A stretch of DNA of 64,000 nt from Candidatus Fervidifonticultor quintus (lineage in GTDB: Bacteria; Sysuimicrobiota; Sysuimicrobiia; Sysuimicrobiales; Humicultoraceae): NCBI GenBank assembly GCA_031459535.1, contig JAVKIJ010000001.1:1-64000 (forward strand), in the 5' to 3' direction. Within the stretch, counting starts at the first letter, position 1. Each line of letters opens with the position of its first letter. The notes under the pieces are model-generated. The model had not been told where the DNA came from. It saw only the letters and a program-made list of their open reading frames with translations, and searched no databases. Position numbers and translations under genes: made by a program. Positions 30,029 to 40,166 of this stretch are shown one piece after another.

Positions 30029-30340
30029 ATGCCCAGGCTCTTTGATCTCGCCACTACCATCCGCAGCAAGAACGCTGGTGTCGACCACGTGACGTTCGAC
30101 ATCATCTTCACCGACCGTGCCGTCTATGACCGAGTTAAGGCCAGCGGGGTGCTGACCAGGGAGTCGGTGGCTTGGCTCTACCGGGTGCCGGTCGAGGAGG
30201 TCACCCACTTCATGCACGTCGAGGCGGCACCCGCCGTAAAATTCACCCTGCGGCGCACGCGCCCCAGCGGCGACCCTGGCGAGACGGACGTCTTCGGGTC
30301 GCAGCAGTACCCGCCGTTGTTCGATCTCGAGATTCCGTGA
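30029..30340 (+). CDS. DUF4387-type small protein (AtuA-like partner)
   Basis: LA..IRSKNAG...TFDIIF, D.FG.QQY.PL. Confidence 0.75.
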   Translation: MPRLFDLATTIRSKNAGVDHVTFDIIFTDRAVYDRVKASGVLTRESVAWLYRVPVEEVTHFMHVEAAPAVKFTLRRTRPSGDPGETDVFGSQQYPPLFDLEIP

Positions 30341-30372
30341 ATCGCCCGCGGGCACCGGTCCGCTCAACCAGC

Positions 30373-30424
30373 TTGACCGCATCCGTAAAGACTGGTTTAC
30401 TTTAGTGTAGACAGCGGTCTACAC
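30373..30424 (+). promoter_or_regulatory. promoter with tandem palindromic operators
   Basis: TTGACC at 30373; GTAAAG-N4-GTTTAC (30385-30400) and perfect GTGTAGAC-N4-GTCTACAC (30405-30424). Confidence 0.6.
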
Positions 30425-30433
30425 ACTCCTACC

Positions 30434-31480
30434 ATGAAAGTCGTTGACCTGACGGCCCCCCGTCGCGACCTGCAGGTCCGGATCGATCCCTCGCCGGCCT
30501 ATGACTTCCTGGCGTGCCTGTACCTGCTGGGGGAGAGGGAGCAGCCGCTGGAGTTTGACATCCCTGCCCGGTGGATCGAGCGGGCTCGCGCCAGGCTGGG
30601 GCCCGAGTTGCGCGCGGATCTCTCGCTGCTGTTCCCCTGGCGCACGCGGACCATGGGCGTCGTGGGCGTCCTGGAGGACGCGCCGGGGCAGTCGGTCCGC
30701 GGGTTCATCCGGCGCGTGGCGTCGGCTCCGGCGGAGTCCCTGCTGGAGCTGATGCTGGCCGAGTCGCTGGCCGATCGGCAGGCGCTGCCCCTGCTGCGCG
30801 CGGCCATCGGCGGCTCGTCCGCGGCCGTGGAGAAGTACCTGGCGGCGACCGATCCCGACCTGGACCGCAAGGCGCTGCGCCGGATCGTCTCGCTGCCGCC
30901 GGCCGAGGTCAAGGCGCGCCTGGTCCGTCTGCTGCGGGAGAGCTACGCGCGCGTGTACGCCGAGAGGGAAGACGAGATCGTCCCCCTGCTGGCCCGCGAT
31001 GCCGCGGCCCTCGCCCGCCGCGCAGAGACTACGAGCGGTACCGAGCTGGTGGAGTATGCCACCGGGGGCTTTGTGATCGGCCCCGACGCGCCGCTGGTGG
31101 GCGTGGTGCTGGCCCCGACGTACTACTTCCGGCCCTACAACCTCATCGTGGCCTACCGCGGCGTGCGGGTGTTCGTCTACCCCATCGCGACTCAGCCGGG
31201 CGAGAACGCCCCACCGCCCGACCTGGTGCGGCTGTACAAGGCGCTCGGCGACGAGACGCGCCTGAAGATCCTCCGCCTGCTGGCAGGCCGCGAGATGTAC
31301 CTCCAGGAACTGGCCAAGGCGCTGGGGGTGTCCCATGTGACCGTGCTCCACCACATGGCGGTCCTCCGGGCCGCGCACCTGGTCCAGGTCGTGGAGCGCG
31401 AGAACCTGAAGTACTATCGCTTGCGGGCCGACCGCGCGCGCGAGGCGGCGGTCCAGTGGCTGGAGTTCGCGCAGACGTAG
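30434..31480 (+). CDS. ArsR/SmtB family regulator with long N-terminal domain
   Basis: C-terminal YKALGDETRLKIL...ELA.ALGVS..TV.HH winged HTH. Confidence 0.85.
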   Translation: MKVVDLTAPRRDLQVRIDPSPAYDFLACLYLLGEREQPLEFDIPARWIERARARLGPELRADLSLLFPWRTRTMGVVGVLEDAPGQSVRGFIRRVASAPAESLLELMLAESLADRQALPLLRAAIGGSSAAVEKYLAATDPDLDRKALRRIVSLPPAEVKARLVRLLRESYARVYAEREDEIVPLLARDAAALARRAETTSGTELVEYATGGFVIGPDAPLVGVVLAPTYYFRPYNLIVAYRGVRVFVYPIATQPGENAPPPDLVRLYKALGDETRLKILRLLAGREMYLQELAKALGVSHVTVLHHMAVLRAAHLVQVVERENLKYYRLRADRAREAAVQWLEFAQT

Positions 31481-31493
31481 GAGGCAAGGATCC

Positions 31494-31715
31494 ATGGATC
31501 GCCACGCGCCGACCCTCGATCGGGAAATCCTCACCGTCGAGCAGGCCGCCGACTTCCTCCAGGTCCACAAGATCACGGTCTACCGCTACATCCGCGAGGG
31601 CCTGCTGCCAGCGGCCAAGCTGGGCAAGATGTACCGCCTCTTCAGCCGCGACGTGGAGGCGTTTCTGGAGGCGATGCGGCACCACCCGGGGGATGAGGCT
31701 ACGGGCAGCAGATGA
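31494..31715 (+). CDS. excisionase-like helix-turn-helix protein
   Basis: LTVEQAADFLQV...TVYRYIREG.LPA.K.G..YR. Confidence 0.85.
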   Translation: MDRHAPTLDREILTVEQAADFLQVHKITVYRYIREGLLPAAKLGKMYRLFSRDVEAFLEAMRHHPGDEATGSR

Positions 31716-32974
31716 CCCTGGCCGGGTTGTCCACCGCCCGCACGTTCAACGCGCTCCGGCACGCCGACTATCGCCGGTTCTGGTGGGGCGGCCTCGTGTC
31801 GCTGACCGGGTCGTGGATGCGGATCACGGCCCTGTCGTGGCTCGTCTACGACATGACCCGCTCACCGCTCATGCTGGGCACCGTGACCTTTGCCAACACG
31901 ATTCCCACCATGCTCCTGGCCCTCTTCGGCGGCGCGCTGGCCGACCGGTCCGAGAAACGCTACCTCCTCTTGATCACCCAGGCGTGCTTCATGGCCATGG
32001 CGGCCGTCCTGGCGGTGCTGACGCTCTCTGGCCGCATCGAAGTCTGGCACATCCTGGCGTTCAGCATCGGCGGCGGCATTGCCGGTGCCCTGGACATGCC
32101 GGCCCGGCAGTCGTTCATCCCTCACCTGGTCCCCCGCGAGGACCTGACCAACGCCATTGCGCTCAATTCGGCAGCCTTCAACGGTTCACGCATTGTGGGC
32201 CCCGCCGCCGCCGGCCTGATCATCAACGCCTTCGGCCCCCGCGGGGGCCCGGGCGTCAGCTTTGCCGTCAACGCCGTCACATACCTGGCCGTGATCAGCG
32301 CGTTGCTCGCCATCCGGGTCACCTCGCGCCCCGAGGACGCCGAGCGCAAGCCCGTGTTGCACGATGTCCGCGAAGGACTGGTCTACGCGTGGCATTCCGC
32401 CTCCCTGCGCATGTTGCTGGGGCTGCTGGCCGTGGCCGGGACCTTTGGATTCTTCTACGTGGTCTTGCTGCCGGTCTTCGCCCGTGACGTGCTCGGGGTG
32501 GAGGCCCGCGGATTCGGGATGCTGATGACCGCCAGCGGGTTCGGGTCGACCATTGGCGCCCTGGGGATCGCCTCGGTGGACCTGGTCAGGCCCTTTGCGG
32601 TGATCCTGGGCCTGATGGCGGCGTTCACCGGGTTGCTCGCCGGCTTCGCGCTCACTACCGACTACGCCATGGCCATTGTGCTGATGGTTGCCGTGAGCGG
32701 GACCATGACCGCGTTCATGTCAGCCGGCAACACCACGATCCAGCAGATCACGCCCGATGCGCTCCGCGGTCGGCTGATGAGCCTCTACGTGCTGGCGTTG
32801 TTTGGCACCGGGCCGCTGGGAGGGCTGCTGGCCGGATCGCTGGCGTCGCTGCTGGGGGCTCAGGTGGCCGTGCTGCTCTCCGCGGCGGTCTGCGGGGTCG
32901 CCGCGCTGGCGGGGTGGGTTACGCGCCGCCGGGAGTCCGGGCGGCTGGCCTTCTCACCAGAAGGCCAGCCGTAG
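31712..32974 (+). CDS. MFS transporter
   Basis: About 12 TM helices, GG.LADR, D.PARQS, LRGR.MS. Confidence 0.9.
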   Translation: MTLAGLSTARTFNALRHADYRRFWWGGLVSLTGSWMRITALSWLVYDMTRSPLMLGTVTFANTIPTMLLALFGGALADRSEKRYLLLITQACFMAMAAVLAVLTLSGRIEVWHILAFSIGGGIAGALDMPARQSFIPHLVPREDLTNAIALNSAAFNGSRIVGPAAAGLIINAFGPRGGPGVSFAVNAVTYLAVISALLAIRVTSRPEDAERKPVLHDVREGLVYAWHSASLRMLLGLLAVAGTFGFFYVVLLPVFARDVLGVEARGFGMLMTASGFGSTIGALGIASVDLVRPFAVILGLMAAFTGLLAGFALTTDYAMAIVLMVAVSGTMTAFMSAGNTTIQQITPDALRGRLMSLYVLALFGTGPLGGLLAGSLASLLGAQVAVLLSAAVCGVAALAGWVTRRRESGRLAFSPEGQP

Positions 32975-33306
32975 CATCGCAGGTCTACCGTGCCGGTGCG
33001 GCTGAACCGGACGCCCTCTTGGGCCAACCGGCGGCGCTGCGCCCCGGCTGATGGCCGCGGCGCAATGGTGCCGTCGCCGCGGATCACCCGCCACCAGGGT
33101 ACAGCCTGACCGCGCGGGACCGATGCCATCGCCCAGCCCACCGTCCGGGCGCCACCATGCAGCCCGGCGAGGCGCGCGACCTCGCCGTAGGTCGTGACCC
33201 GGCCGCGCGGTACTTGCAGGACGATGCGGTAGATCTGCTGGAACAGCGAGTGCGCCGGCCCGCCTGCGCGGGATGGGCCCGTGCCGCCTACCGAGCGACC
33301 AGCCAT
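32860..33306 (-). CDS. alkyltransferase-like (ATL/MGMT family) DNA-binding protein
   Basis: VP.GRVTTYGEVA, ARTVG.A, and PWWRV in place of the catalytic PCHRV. Confidence 0.85.
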   Translation of the reverse strand: MAGRSVGGTGPSRAGGPAHSLFQQIYRIVLQVPRGRVTTYGEVARLAGLHGGARTVGWAMASVPRGQAVPWWRVIRGDGTIAPRPSAGAQRRRLAQEGVRFSRTGTVDLRCYGWPSGEKASRPDSRRRVTHPASAATPQTAAESSTAT

Positions 33307-33863
33307 CCCGCGTCCGGCGCCCGGTCCGCGCAGCCACGCGCGCAGGCGGTCTTCGATCCCACGTACAGGCTCTGGGCGGCGATGCCGAGCCGGCGCGTCG
33401 CCGGGTTGGGTGGTGAGTCGCCGGGTACCGTCACCGTGATCACCGTTGGGGCCGTCCGCTGCACGGCCAGGGGTTCAAAGGCCGACCCGGGGCCTTCAAT
33501 GAACAGGGCCAGCGTCCCGCGCGCGTACCGTACCCGGCCCGTGTAGTTGGCTCTGCCGTCGCCATCGGTGTCGAACAGGATCAGCAGGCGGTGGGGCGTC
33601 CCTTCGGCCAGCAGCCGCGCATCCCAGCGGGTCCAGGTGGTGATCGTGATGTGTAGAATCGCTGCGCCTGGGGCCGATCGTCTGGCCTCCAGCCGGCGCA
33701 GGTCGAGGGGGCCGGTCCCGCGCCCATCGGCGACCGAGGCGACGAACGTCGCGGCCGCGGCCACCCCGCCACCGTCTGGCCAGACGGGACTGATCACCAC
33801 CATCGTGGCGATGGCGCCGATGACAATCGTTGAACACAGCCTAGTGTTGGTCACGATGCGCAT
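33288..33863 (-). CDS. hypothetical exported protein
   Basis: N-terminal hydrophobic segment, FDTDGDG motif, C-terminal C..GC.DRAPD.G; directly follows sdhB. Confidence 0.55.
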   Translation of the reverse strand: MRIVTNTRLCSTIVIGAIATMVVISPVWPDGGGVAAAATFVASVADGRGTGPLDLRRLEARRSAPGAAILHITITTWTRWDARLLAEGTPHRLLILFDTDGDGRANYTGRVRYARGTLALFIEGPGSAFEPLAVQRTAPTVITVTVPGDSPPNPATRRLGIAAQSLYVGSKTACARGCADRAPDAGWLVAR

Positions 33864-33871
33864 GCGGCCGT

Positions 33872-34570
33872 CTACAGGCGCCGGGCCAGGATCGCCCGCT
33901 TGACGTCCTGGATGGCCCGGGTCACGTCTATACCGCGCGGGCACGCGTCGGTGCAGTTGAAGGTCGTCTTACAGCGAAAGACACCTGACTTCTCGGCCAG
34001 GATCTCTAGACGCTCGGGTGCGCCCTGATCGCGGCTGTCGAAGATGAAGCGGTGGGCGTTCACGATGGCCGCAGGCCCCACGTACTCGCCGTCCGCCCAG
34101 AAAATGGGGCAGGCGGTGGTGCAGCACGCGCAGAGGATGCACTTGGTTGAATCGTCGAACCGCTGACGGTCTTCCGGGCTCTGCAACCGCTCCCGCTCGG
34201 GCGCGGGCTCGTCATTGATGAGATAGGGTAGCACCGCCCGGTACGTGGCGAAGAACGGCTCCATGTCCACGACCAGGTCCTTGATCACCCGCATGCCGCG
34301 GATCGGCTCCACGCGGACCCCGCGGCCGCAGTCGCGGATCAGCACCTTGCAGGCCAACCGGTTCCTGCCATTGATCATCATGGCGTCCGAGCCGCAGATC
34401 CCGTGCGCGCACGACCGACGCAGGGTTAGCGTGCCGTCGATGTGCCACTTGATGTAGTGCAGTCCGTCCAGGACCCGATCGGTGGGGGCGACCGGCACAT
34501 CGTACGTCTCCCAGCGCGGCGCCCGATCGCGCTCGGGGTCGAACCGCTTGACTGTGAACTGAACGCCCAT
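33872..34570 (-). CDS. sdhB: succinate dehydrogenase iron-sulfur subunit
   Basis: SCAHGICGSD, CILCACCTTACP, C.TTFNCTDACP. Confidence 0.95.
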   Translation of the reverse strand: MGVQFTVKRFDPERDRAPRWETYDVPVAPTDRVLDGLHYIKWHIDGTLTLRRSCAHGICGSDAMMINGRNRLACKVLIRDCGRGVRVEPIRGMRVIKDLVVDMEPFFATYRAVLPYLINDEPAPERERLQSPEDRQRFDDSTKCILCACCTTACPIFWADGEYVGPAAIVNAHRFIFDSRDQGAPERLEILAEKSGVFRCKTTFNCTDACPRGIDVTRAIQDVKRAILARRL

Positions 34571-34572
34571 GC

Positions 34573-36303
34573 TCAGTACTTCCTCTCCGTGGGCTGGAAC
34601 CGGGTGATGACCACCGGCTTGTGGCGGAACGTGTGGTTGCCGTCGTTCTGTCTGTAGATCAGCGCGTGTGTTAGCCAGTTGGCGTCGTCGCGCCTGGGAT
34701 AGTCCTCGCGGAAGTGCCCGCCGCGGCTCTCGGTGCGGTGGAGGCACGAGGCGATGGTGGCCTCCGCCAGGTCGAGCAGCGCGCCCAGCTCCAGCGCCTC
34801 GAGCAGGTCGGTGTTGTATCGCCGCCCGTGGTCGTCGATCTTGACCCGGGCATAGCGGTCCTTGAGGCTGCCGAGTTCAGCCCACGCTGCCTGGAGCCCT
34901 TCGGCGGTGCGGAACACGCCGACCTTGTCCATCATCATCTCCTGCAGCTCGGCACGGATTCTGGCTACCGACTCGCCAGACGGGCGGGCGAGGATACGGT
35001 CGATGCACTCCCGCACCTCTGAGTCGGGGTTGGCGGCCAGCACCGGCACCCGGGTCTCGCCCCGCACGAACCGGGCCATGTGCCGGCCGGCCCGTCGCCC
35101 GAACACGAGGATGTCCATCAGCGAGTTGGTGCCCAGGCGGTTGGCGCCGTGCACCGAGACGCAGGCGCACTCCCCGGCTGCGTAGAGTCCCGGAACGGGG
35201 GTGTTGTGCTCGTCGGTGATCACCTGGGCGTCAATGGTGGTGGGGATGCCGCCCATGGCGTAGTGCGCCGTGGGCTGGACGGGCACGGGCTCCCTGGCGG
35301 GATCGATGCCCTGGTAGACGCGCACGAACTCGGTGATGTCTGGCAGCTTGTGCTCCAGCACGTCGCGGCCCAGGTGCCGGAAGTCCAGGTAGACGTAGTC
35401 CTGGCCGCCGATGCCTCGGCCCTCGCGGATCTCCTGGTAGATGCAGCGCGAGCAGATGTCCCGCGGCGCCAGGTCTTTGAGGGTGGGCGAGTAGCGCTCC
35501 ATGAACCGCTCGCCCCGATCGTTCAGGAAGACCGCCCCCTCACCGCGGGCCGCCTCGGAGAGCAGGATGCCCATCTTGTAGATCCCGGTGGGATGGAACT
35601 GGAAGAACTCCATGTCCATCAGGGGCAATCCACGCCGCCAGGCGGCTGCGACCCCTTCGCCGGTGAGGGCGTGCGCGTTGCTGGTGACCTTGAAGATGCG
35701 GCCGAACCCGCCAACGGCCAGCAGCACGGCCCTGGCGTGGAACGTGTGCAGCTCGCCGGAGTCAATGTGGTAGGCCACCACCCCGACGCACGCGCCGTCC
35801 TCGATCAGCAGATCCAGCACCTGGAACTCGTTGAAGAACGTGATGTCGTGCTTGATGCACTGCTGGTAGAGGGTCTGGAGGATCATGTGGCCGGTCCGGT
35901 CGGCCGCATGGCAGGCCCGCATGACGGGCCCGGCGCCGAAGTGGTGCGTGTGCCCCCCGAACCGCCGCTGGGCGATCTTTCCGTCCGGCGTCCGGTCGAA
36001 CGGCAGGCCCCAGTGCTCGAGCTCGTAGACGATCTCCACCGACTCGCGGCACATGACCTCGGCCGCGTCCTGATCGACCAGATAGTCACCGCCCTTGACG
36101 GTGTCGAACATGTACCATTCCCACGAGTCTTCTTCCATGTTGCCCAGCGGGGCGGCGATCCCGCCCTGGGCCGTGCCGGTGTGCGAGCGGGTCGGATACA
36201 GTTTGGTGATCACCGCCACCTTGAGGCCAGCCAGCTCGATGGCGGCCCGCAGGCCAGCGCCCCCGGCGCCGACGATCACCGCGTCGTACGTGTGGGTGGG
36301 CAT
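34573..36303 (-). CDS. sdhA: succinate dehydrogenase flavoprotein subunit
   Basis: GAGGAG, RSHTGTAQGG, QFHPTG, HYAMGG, HGANRLG.NSL. Confidence 0.96.
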   Translation of the reverse strand: MPTHTYDAVIVGAGGAGLRAAIELAGLKVAVITKLYPTRSHTGTAQGGIAAPLGNMEEDSWEWYMFDTVKGGDYLVDQDAAEVMCRESVEIVYELEHWGLPFDRTPDGKIAQRRFGGHTHHFGAGPVMRACHAADRTGHMILQTLYQQCIKHDITFFNEFQVLDLLIEDGACVGVVAYHIDSGELHTFHARAVLLAVGGFGRIFKVTSNAHALTGEGVAAAWRRGLPLMDMEFFQFHPTGIYKMGILLSEAARGEGAVFLNDRGERFMERYSPTLKDLAPRDICSRCIYQEIREGRGIGGQDYVYLDFRHLGRDVLEHKLPDITEFVRVYQGIDPAREPVPVQPTAHYAMGGIPTTIDAQVITDEHNTPVPGLYAAGECACVSVHGANRLGTNSLMDILVFGRRAGRHMARFVRGETRVPVLAANPDSEVRECIDRILARPSGESVARIRAELQEMMMDKVGVFRTAEGLQAAWAELGSLKDRYARVKIDDHGRRYNTDLLEALELGALLDLAEATIASCLHRTESRGGHFREDYPRRDDANWLTHALIYRQNDGNHTFRHKPVVITRFQPTERKY

Positions 36304-36320
36304 ACGTTGTCAGCGCTCCC

Positions 36321-37745
36321 TCAGAGCCCGCCGCCCGGCATGCCCCGCAGACCGGGCTCGGTCATTGGCTCGGGGTCGAGCAGCTCCGCCAGCTTCTCGG
36401 CGGAGAGGACGCCGCGCTCGAGCGCGACCTCGCGGATGGTGCGGTCAGTCCGCGCCGCTTCCTTGGCGATCTCTGCAGCGGCGTCGTAGCCGATGGCCGG
36501 GGCGAGGGCCGTGGCCAGCATCAGCCCGCGCTCGACCATCTCCGGCCCACGTCCGGTGGGCTGGAGCCCGACGATGCACTGCCGGGCGAAGTTGCGCGAC
36601 ACCGCGGCAAGCAGCGAGATGGCGTTGAGCAGGTTGAGCGCTATGACAGGCATCATGGTGTTGAGTTCGAAGTTGCCGGCCTGGTTGCCCAGGGAGACGA
36701 CCACGTCGTTGCCCACGACCTGGGCGGCGGCCTGGATGACGGACTCGGCGATGACCGGGTTGACCTTCCCGGGCATGATCGACGAGCCCGGCTGCACGGC
36801 CGGCAGCACCAGCTCCCCCAGGCCCGCGCGGGGGCCCGAGCCCATCCACCGGATGTCGTTGGCGATCTTGTACAACGCGGTGGCGTAGCCCTTCAGCACG
36901 CCCGAGGCGAAGGTCACGGCGTCCAGGCAGGCCTGGGCCTGGAAGTGCGCCCTGGTCTCCCAGATCTGGACGCCGGTGCGTTGTGAGAGCCTGGCGCACA
37001 CCCGGGCCGCGAACTCGGGATGGGCGTTGATGCCCGAACCCACCGCGGTCCCGCCCAGGGCCACCTCGCCGAGTTCCGCCACGGCGTACTGGAGCCGACG
37101 GCGAGCGGCGGCGACCTGATCGGCATATCCCTGGAACTCCTGGCCCAGGCGCACCGGCGTGGCGTCCATGAGGTGGGTGCGGCCGGTCTTGATGATGCCC
37201 CACCATGCCGTGGCCTTCTCGCGCAGGGCGGCCTCCAGTTCGTCGAGAGCCGGGCGTAACTCGTCCTTGATCGCCAGCAAGGCCGACAGGTGGATGGCCG
37301 TCGGGATGACATCGTTGCTGGACTGGCAGAGGTTGACGTGGTCGTTGGGGTGCACGACCTTGGCGCCGCGGCCGGCGCCGAGCATCTCGGCCGCGCGGTT
37401 GGCAATCACCTCGTTGGCGTTCATGTTGGTGGACGTGCCCGACCCGGTCTGGTAGATGTCCAGGGGGAAGTGTGCGTCCAGGGCGCCGTCGGCTACCTCC
37501 GCCGCGGCCTGGGCGATTGCCTCCGCAATCCGACGGTCCAACAGACCCAGGTCGGCGTTGACCTCGGCGGCGGCACCCTTGATGAGGCCCAGCGCCTTGA
37601 TGAAGACCCGCGGGAAGCGCTCCTTGCTGATGAGGAAGTTCTGGACGGCCCGGGCCGTCGACGCGCCATAGTAGGCGTCCGCCGGCACCTCCATGGGGCC
37701 CAGCGAGTCCCGCTCGACGCGGGTCGTCTTGTCGGAGGGTATCAT
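36321..37745 (-). CDS. fumC: class II fumarate hydratase
   Basis: RVERDSLG, QTGSGTSTNMN, GRTHLMDATP, GSSIMPGKVNP. Confidence 0.92.
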   Translation of the reverse strand: MIPSDKTTRVERDSLGPMEVPADAYYGASTARAVQNFLISKERFPRVFIKALGLIKGAAAEVNADLGLLDRRIAEAIAQAAAEVADGALDAHFPLDIYQTGSGTSTNMNANEVIANRAAEMLGAGRGAKVVHPNDHVNLCQSSNDVIPTAIHLSALLAIKDELRPALDELEAALREKATAWWGIIKTGRTHLMDATPVRLGQEFQGYADQVAAARRRLQYAVAELGEVALGGTAVGSGINAHPEFAARVCARLSQRTGVQIWETRAHFQAQACLDAVTFASGVLKGYATALYKIANDIRWMGSGPRAGLGELVLPAVQPGSSIMPGKVNPVIAESVIQAAAQVVGNDVVVSLGNQAGNFELNTMMPVIALNLLNAISLLAAVSRNFARQCIVGLQPTGRGPEMVERGLMLATALAPAIGYDAAAEIAKEAARTDRTIREVALERGVLSAEKLAELLDPEPMTEPGLRGMPGGGL

Positions 37746-37809
37746 GATCCGCTCACCTCGAAGCACTTCACCTGATGTCGCGCCCCACTCTGCGCTCGAG
37801 ACGCCACCT

Positions 37810-38208
37810 CTACCGTCCCGCGGCCGGAGGCTGAAACGAGAAGAGCACCACGGCCCCCGCCGACAGGAACACCACTCCCACGATCCACAGGGCGACCTCG
37901 GCCGCCAGGCGCCAGAGGCGGTGATGGATGTAATCGTCCAGGATGCCGCGCAGGCCCACCAGCCCGTGCGACAGGGCAAAGACGAGGATGACCAGGTCGT
38001 AGATCCGCCAGAACGGGCCGGCGAAGCGCCGGGCGACGAACTCGAAGTCAATAGTCTCGGTCGAGTTGATGACGTGCATGATGTAGAGATGGCCGATTAC
38101 CAAGGCGATCATGCCGACGGCAGAGATGCGCATATACAGCCACAGCGCCAGCGGCAGCCCGCCGGCAGGCCGCGCCCGATACCCTGCCCCGGGGCCGGTG
38201 TGCCTCAT
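37810..38208 (-). CDS. sdhD: succinate dehydrogenase membrane anchor subunit
   Basis: W.YMRISA, GHL..MH, SHG..GLR.ILDDY; three TM helices. Confidence 0.88.
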   Translation of the reverse strand: MRHTGPGAGYRARPAGGLPLALWLYMRISAVGMIALVIGHLYIMHVINSTETIDFEFVARRFAGPFWRIYDLVILVFALSHGLVGLRGILDDYIHHRLWRLAAEVALWIVGVVFLSAGAVVLFSFQPPAAGR

Positions 38209-38561
38209 CGAAGGCCCACCACGCCGCCCAGCACGAAGTACGCCACCGGCAGCAGCAGTGCCGCATAGACCCCGGCGCCGATCCAGAACATCCGCCGGTA
38301 GGTCCGCGACGGCGTTGGGAGGACATCCAGAATCATGACCAACACCCCGTTGCCGGCATGGTAAAGTACCGCGGCGACCAGCAGGAACTCCAGCGGTTTG
38401 AACCATGGCTGCCGGTAGAGGTCGAGCGCCCGGTTGTAGGCCTGGGGGCTCACGGTGACCATGGAGGTTTCTACGATGTGCAGCAGCAGAAAGACCAGCA
38501 CGGCGATGCCGGTAATGCGGTGGAGAACCCAGGCCAGCATGCCCGGATGGCCCCGGTACAC
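38205..38561 (-). CDS. sdhC: succinate dehydrogenase cytochrome b subunit
   Basis: YRG..GM.AW.LHRITG, LHI, YHA.NG. Confidence 0.9.
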   Translation of the reverse strand: MYRGHPGMLAWVLHRITGIAVLVFLLLHIVETSMVTVSPQAYNRALDLYRQPWFKPLEFLLVAAVLYHAGNGVLVMILDVLPTPSRTYRRMFWIGAGVYAALLLPVAYFVLGGVVGLR

Positions 38562-38660
38562 GGATCGACCTCCAGCGCAGAGATGATGGCAGCCTCTTTC
38601 GGTATGTGCGCGCGGCCTTCCTTTCAGCGGCAGTACCGATGCCGGCGTTCATCGGAATTC

Positions 38661-38689
38661 TTGATGAGTCCGGCGGCCCACGGTAGAGT
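38661..38689 (+). promoter_or_regulatory. sigma70-type promoter
   Basis: TTGATG, 17-nt spacer, TAGAGT upstream of the ATG at 38736. Confidence 0.5.
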
Positions 38690-38735
38690 TGAGTCGAATT
38701 GTCCCCATTCCACCCGCAAAGGAGCGCTACCGTCT

Positions 38736-40097
38736 ATGCAGGCTACTGACCGCGTCCTTCGCGAAGCCGATGCGGCCCGGGACGAAGCCCTGGAGCTGGC
38801 CTCGGCCCTCGTCCGCTTCGACACCACCAATACCGGCGTCCCGGACTCCGGCCACGAGACCCAGGTCGCCGAGTTCCTGGACAGATACTTTCGGCGCGGG
38901 GGCATCAGGGATGTCCACCTGCTCGGACGGTCCCCGTCCCGGCAGAACGTGGTCGCCACGCTGCCGGGCCGCACCCGGCGCTGTGGTCTGTTGCTCATGT
39001 GCCACAGCGATGTGGTGCCGGCCGGCGACCGCAGCCTGTGGAAGAGTGATCCCTTCGCGCCCACGCTCCGCGGCGGACGGCTGTACGGCCGGGGCGCGGC
39101 CGATATGAAGGGTACGGTCGCGGCCATGGCGACCGCGCTGGTGGTCGCGCACCGGCTGCGCCTGTCGCACCACGAAGGCGTTCGCTTCATCTGCGGGGCC
39201 GACGAGGAGGCCGGCGGGGCCTGGGGATTCGGATGGTTGCTGACCAATCACCCCGATCTGCTGCGGGCACGGTTTGCCTTCAACGAAGGGGGCGGACGGC
39301 CGCACCTGGCGGACAGCGGTATCTACTACGGTCTCGCCTGGGGCGAGAAGGGTCGGTACGAGGCGCACGTGACGTTCCAGGGCCGCGGCGCCCATGCCGC
39401 GTCGCCGTGGCGCGGCCGGAACGCCGTGGCGGCGGCTGCAGAGTTTGTCCGGCGCGTGACCGCCTCGCCGCCGCCGCCGACCGTGGACCGGTCTCTGGTG
39501 GGCGCGTACGCGCCGCTGGCCGGCAGGATACCCACCGACCCACGGCGCCTCGACCGGTTCCTGGAGGTCCTGAATCGGACGGACGAACCCCTGGCCACAG
39601 AGCTGCGCGCGCTCACCCGCCTGACGATCACGCCCACCATCGTGCGCGGCGGCAACAAGTCCAACAGCGTCCCCGACCACGCCGAGGTGATCTGCGACCT
39701 GCGCTCGCTGCCAAGCCACCGCCGGCCTGAGATGCTCCAGCACCTGCGCGCGGCCGCCCGCGGCCTGGGCGCCCGGGTGGCCCTGGTGACTACTGCGGCC
39801 CCCAGCGCGACGAAACCGTCGGCCGCGCAGGTGCGCTTCGTACGCCAAGCCCTGGAGGCAGCGCTGGGCCGGGAGGTCTCGGTATTTCCCACGCTGACCA
39901 TCGGGTTTACCGACTCGCGGTTTGCGCGGGCCGTCGGCACCCCGGTGGTCGGATTCGCTCCCAGACGCCCGGGACGGGCCGAGCCCGAGCGGGCGCACGG
40001 CGCCAACGAGTCGATCCACGTGGAGGATCTGCACCTGCAGCTCCGGTTCTACGCGGCGGCGCTGGCGGGCTGGGCGGCCGCGGGGGAATCGCCTTGA
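38736..40097 (+). CDS. M20/M25/M40 family metallo-hydrolase
   Basis: [32 protein letters not shown]. Confidence 0.9.
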   Translation: MQATDRVLREADAARDEALELASALVRFDTTNTGVPDSGHETQVAEFLDRYFRRGGIRDVHLLGRSPSRQNVVATLPGRTRRCGLLLMCHSDVVPAGDRSLWKSDPFAPTLRGGRLYGRGAADMKGTVAAMATALVVAHRLRLSHHEGVRFICGADEEAGGAWGFGWLLTNHPDLLRARFAFNEGGGRPHLADSGIYYGLAWGEKGRYEAHVTFQGRGAHAASPWRGRNAVAAAAEFVRRVTASPPPPTVDRSLVGAYAPLAGRIPTDPRRLDRFLEVLNRTDEPLATELRALTRLTITPTIVRGGNKSNSVPDHAEVICDLRSLPSHRRPEMLQHLRAAARGLGARVALVTTAAPSATKPSAAQVRFVRQALEAALGREVSVFPTLTIGFTDSRFARAVGTPVVGFAPRRPGRAEPERAHGANESIHVEDLHLQLRFYAAALAGWAAAGESP

Positions 40098-40166
40098 ACC
40101 CTGCGTGTGCCGGCGATAGAGTTGAACCAGCGCGACCCATCCGCTTTGCAGGAGACGACTGACATC

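Noticed and set aside
31494-31715. Excisionase-like gene as a sign of a prophage or ICE
   Set aside because: No integrase, att site or phage genes nearby; it is coupled to an MFS gene.
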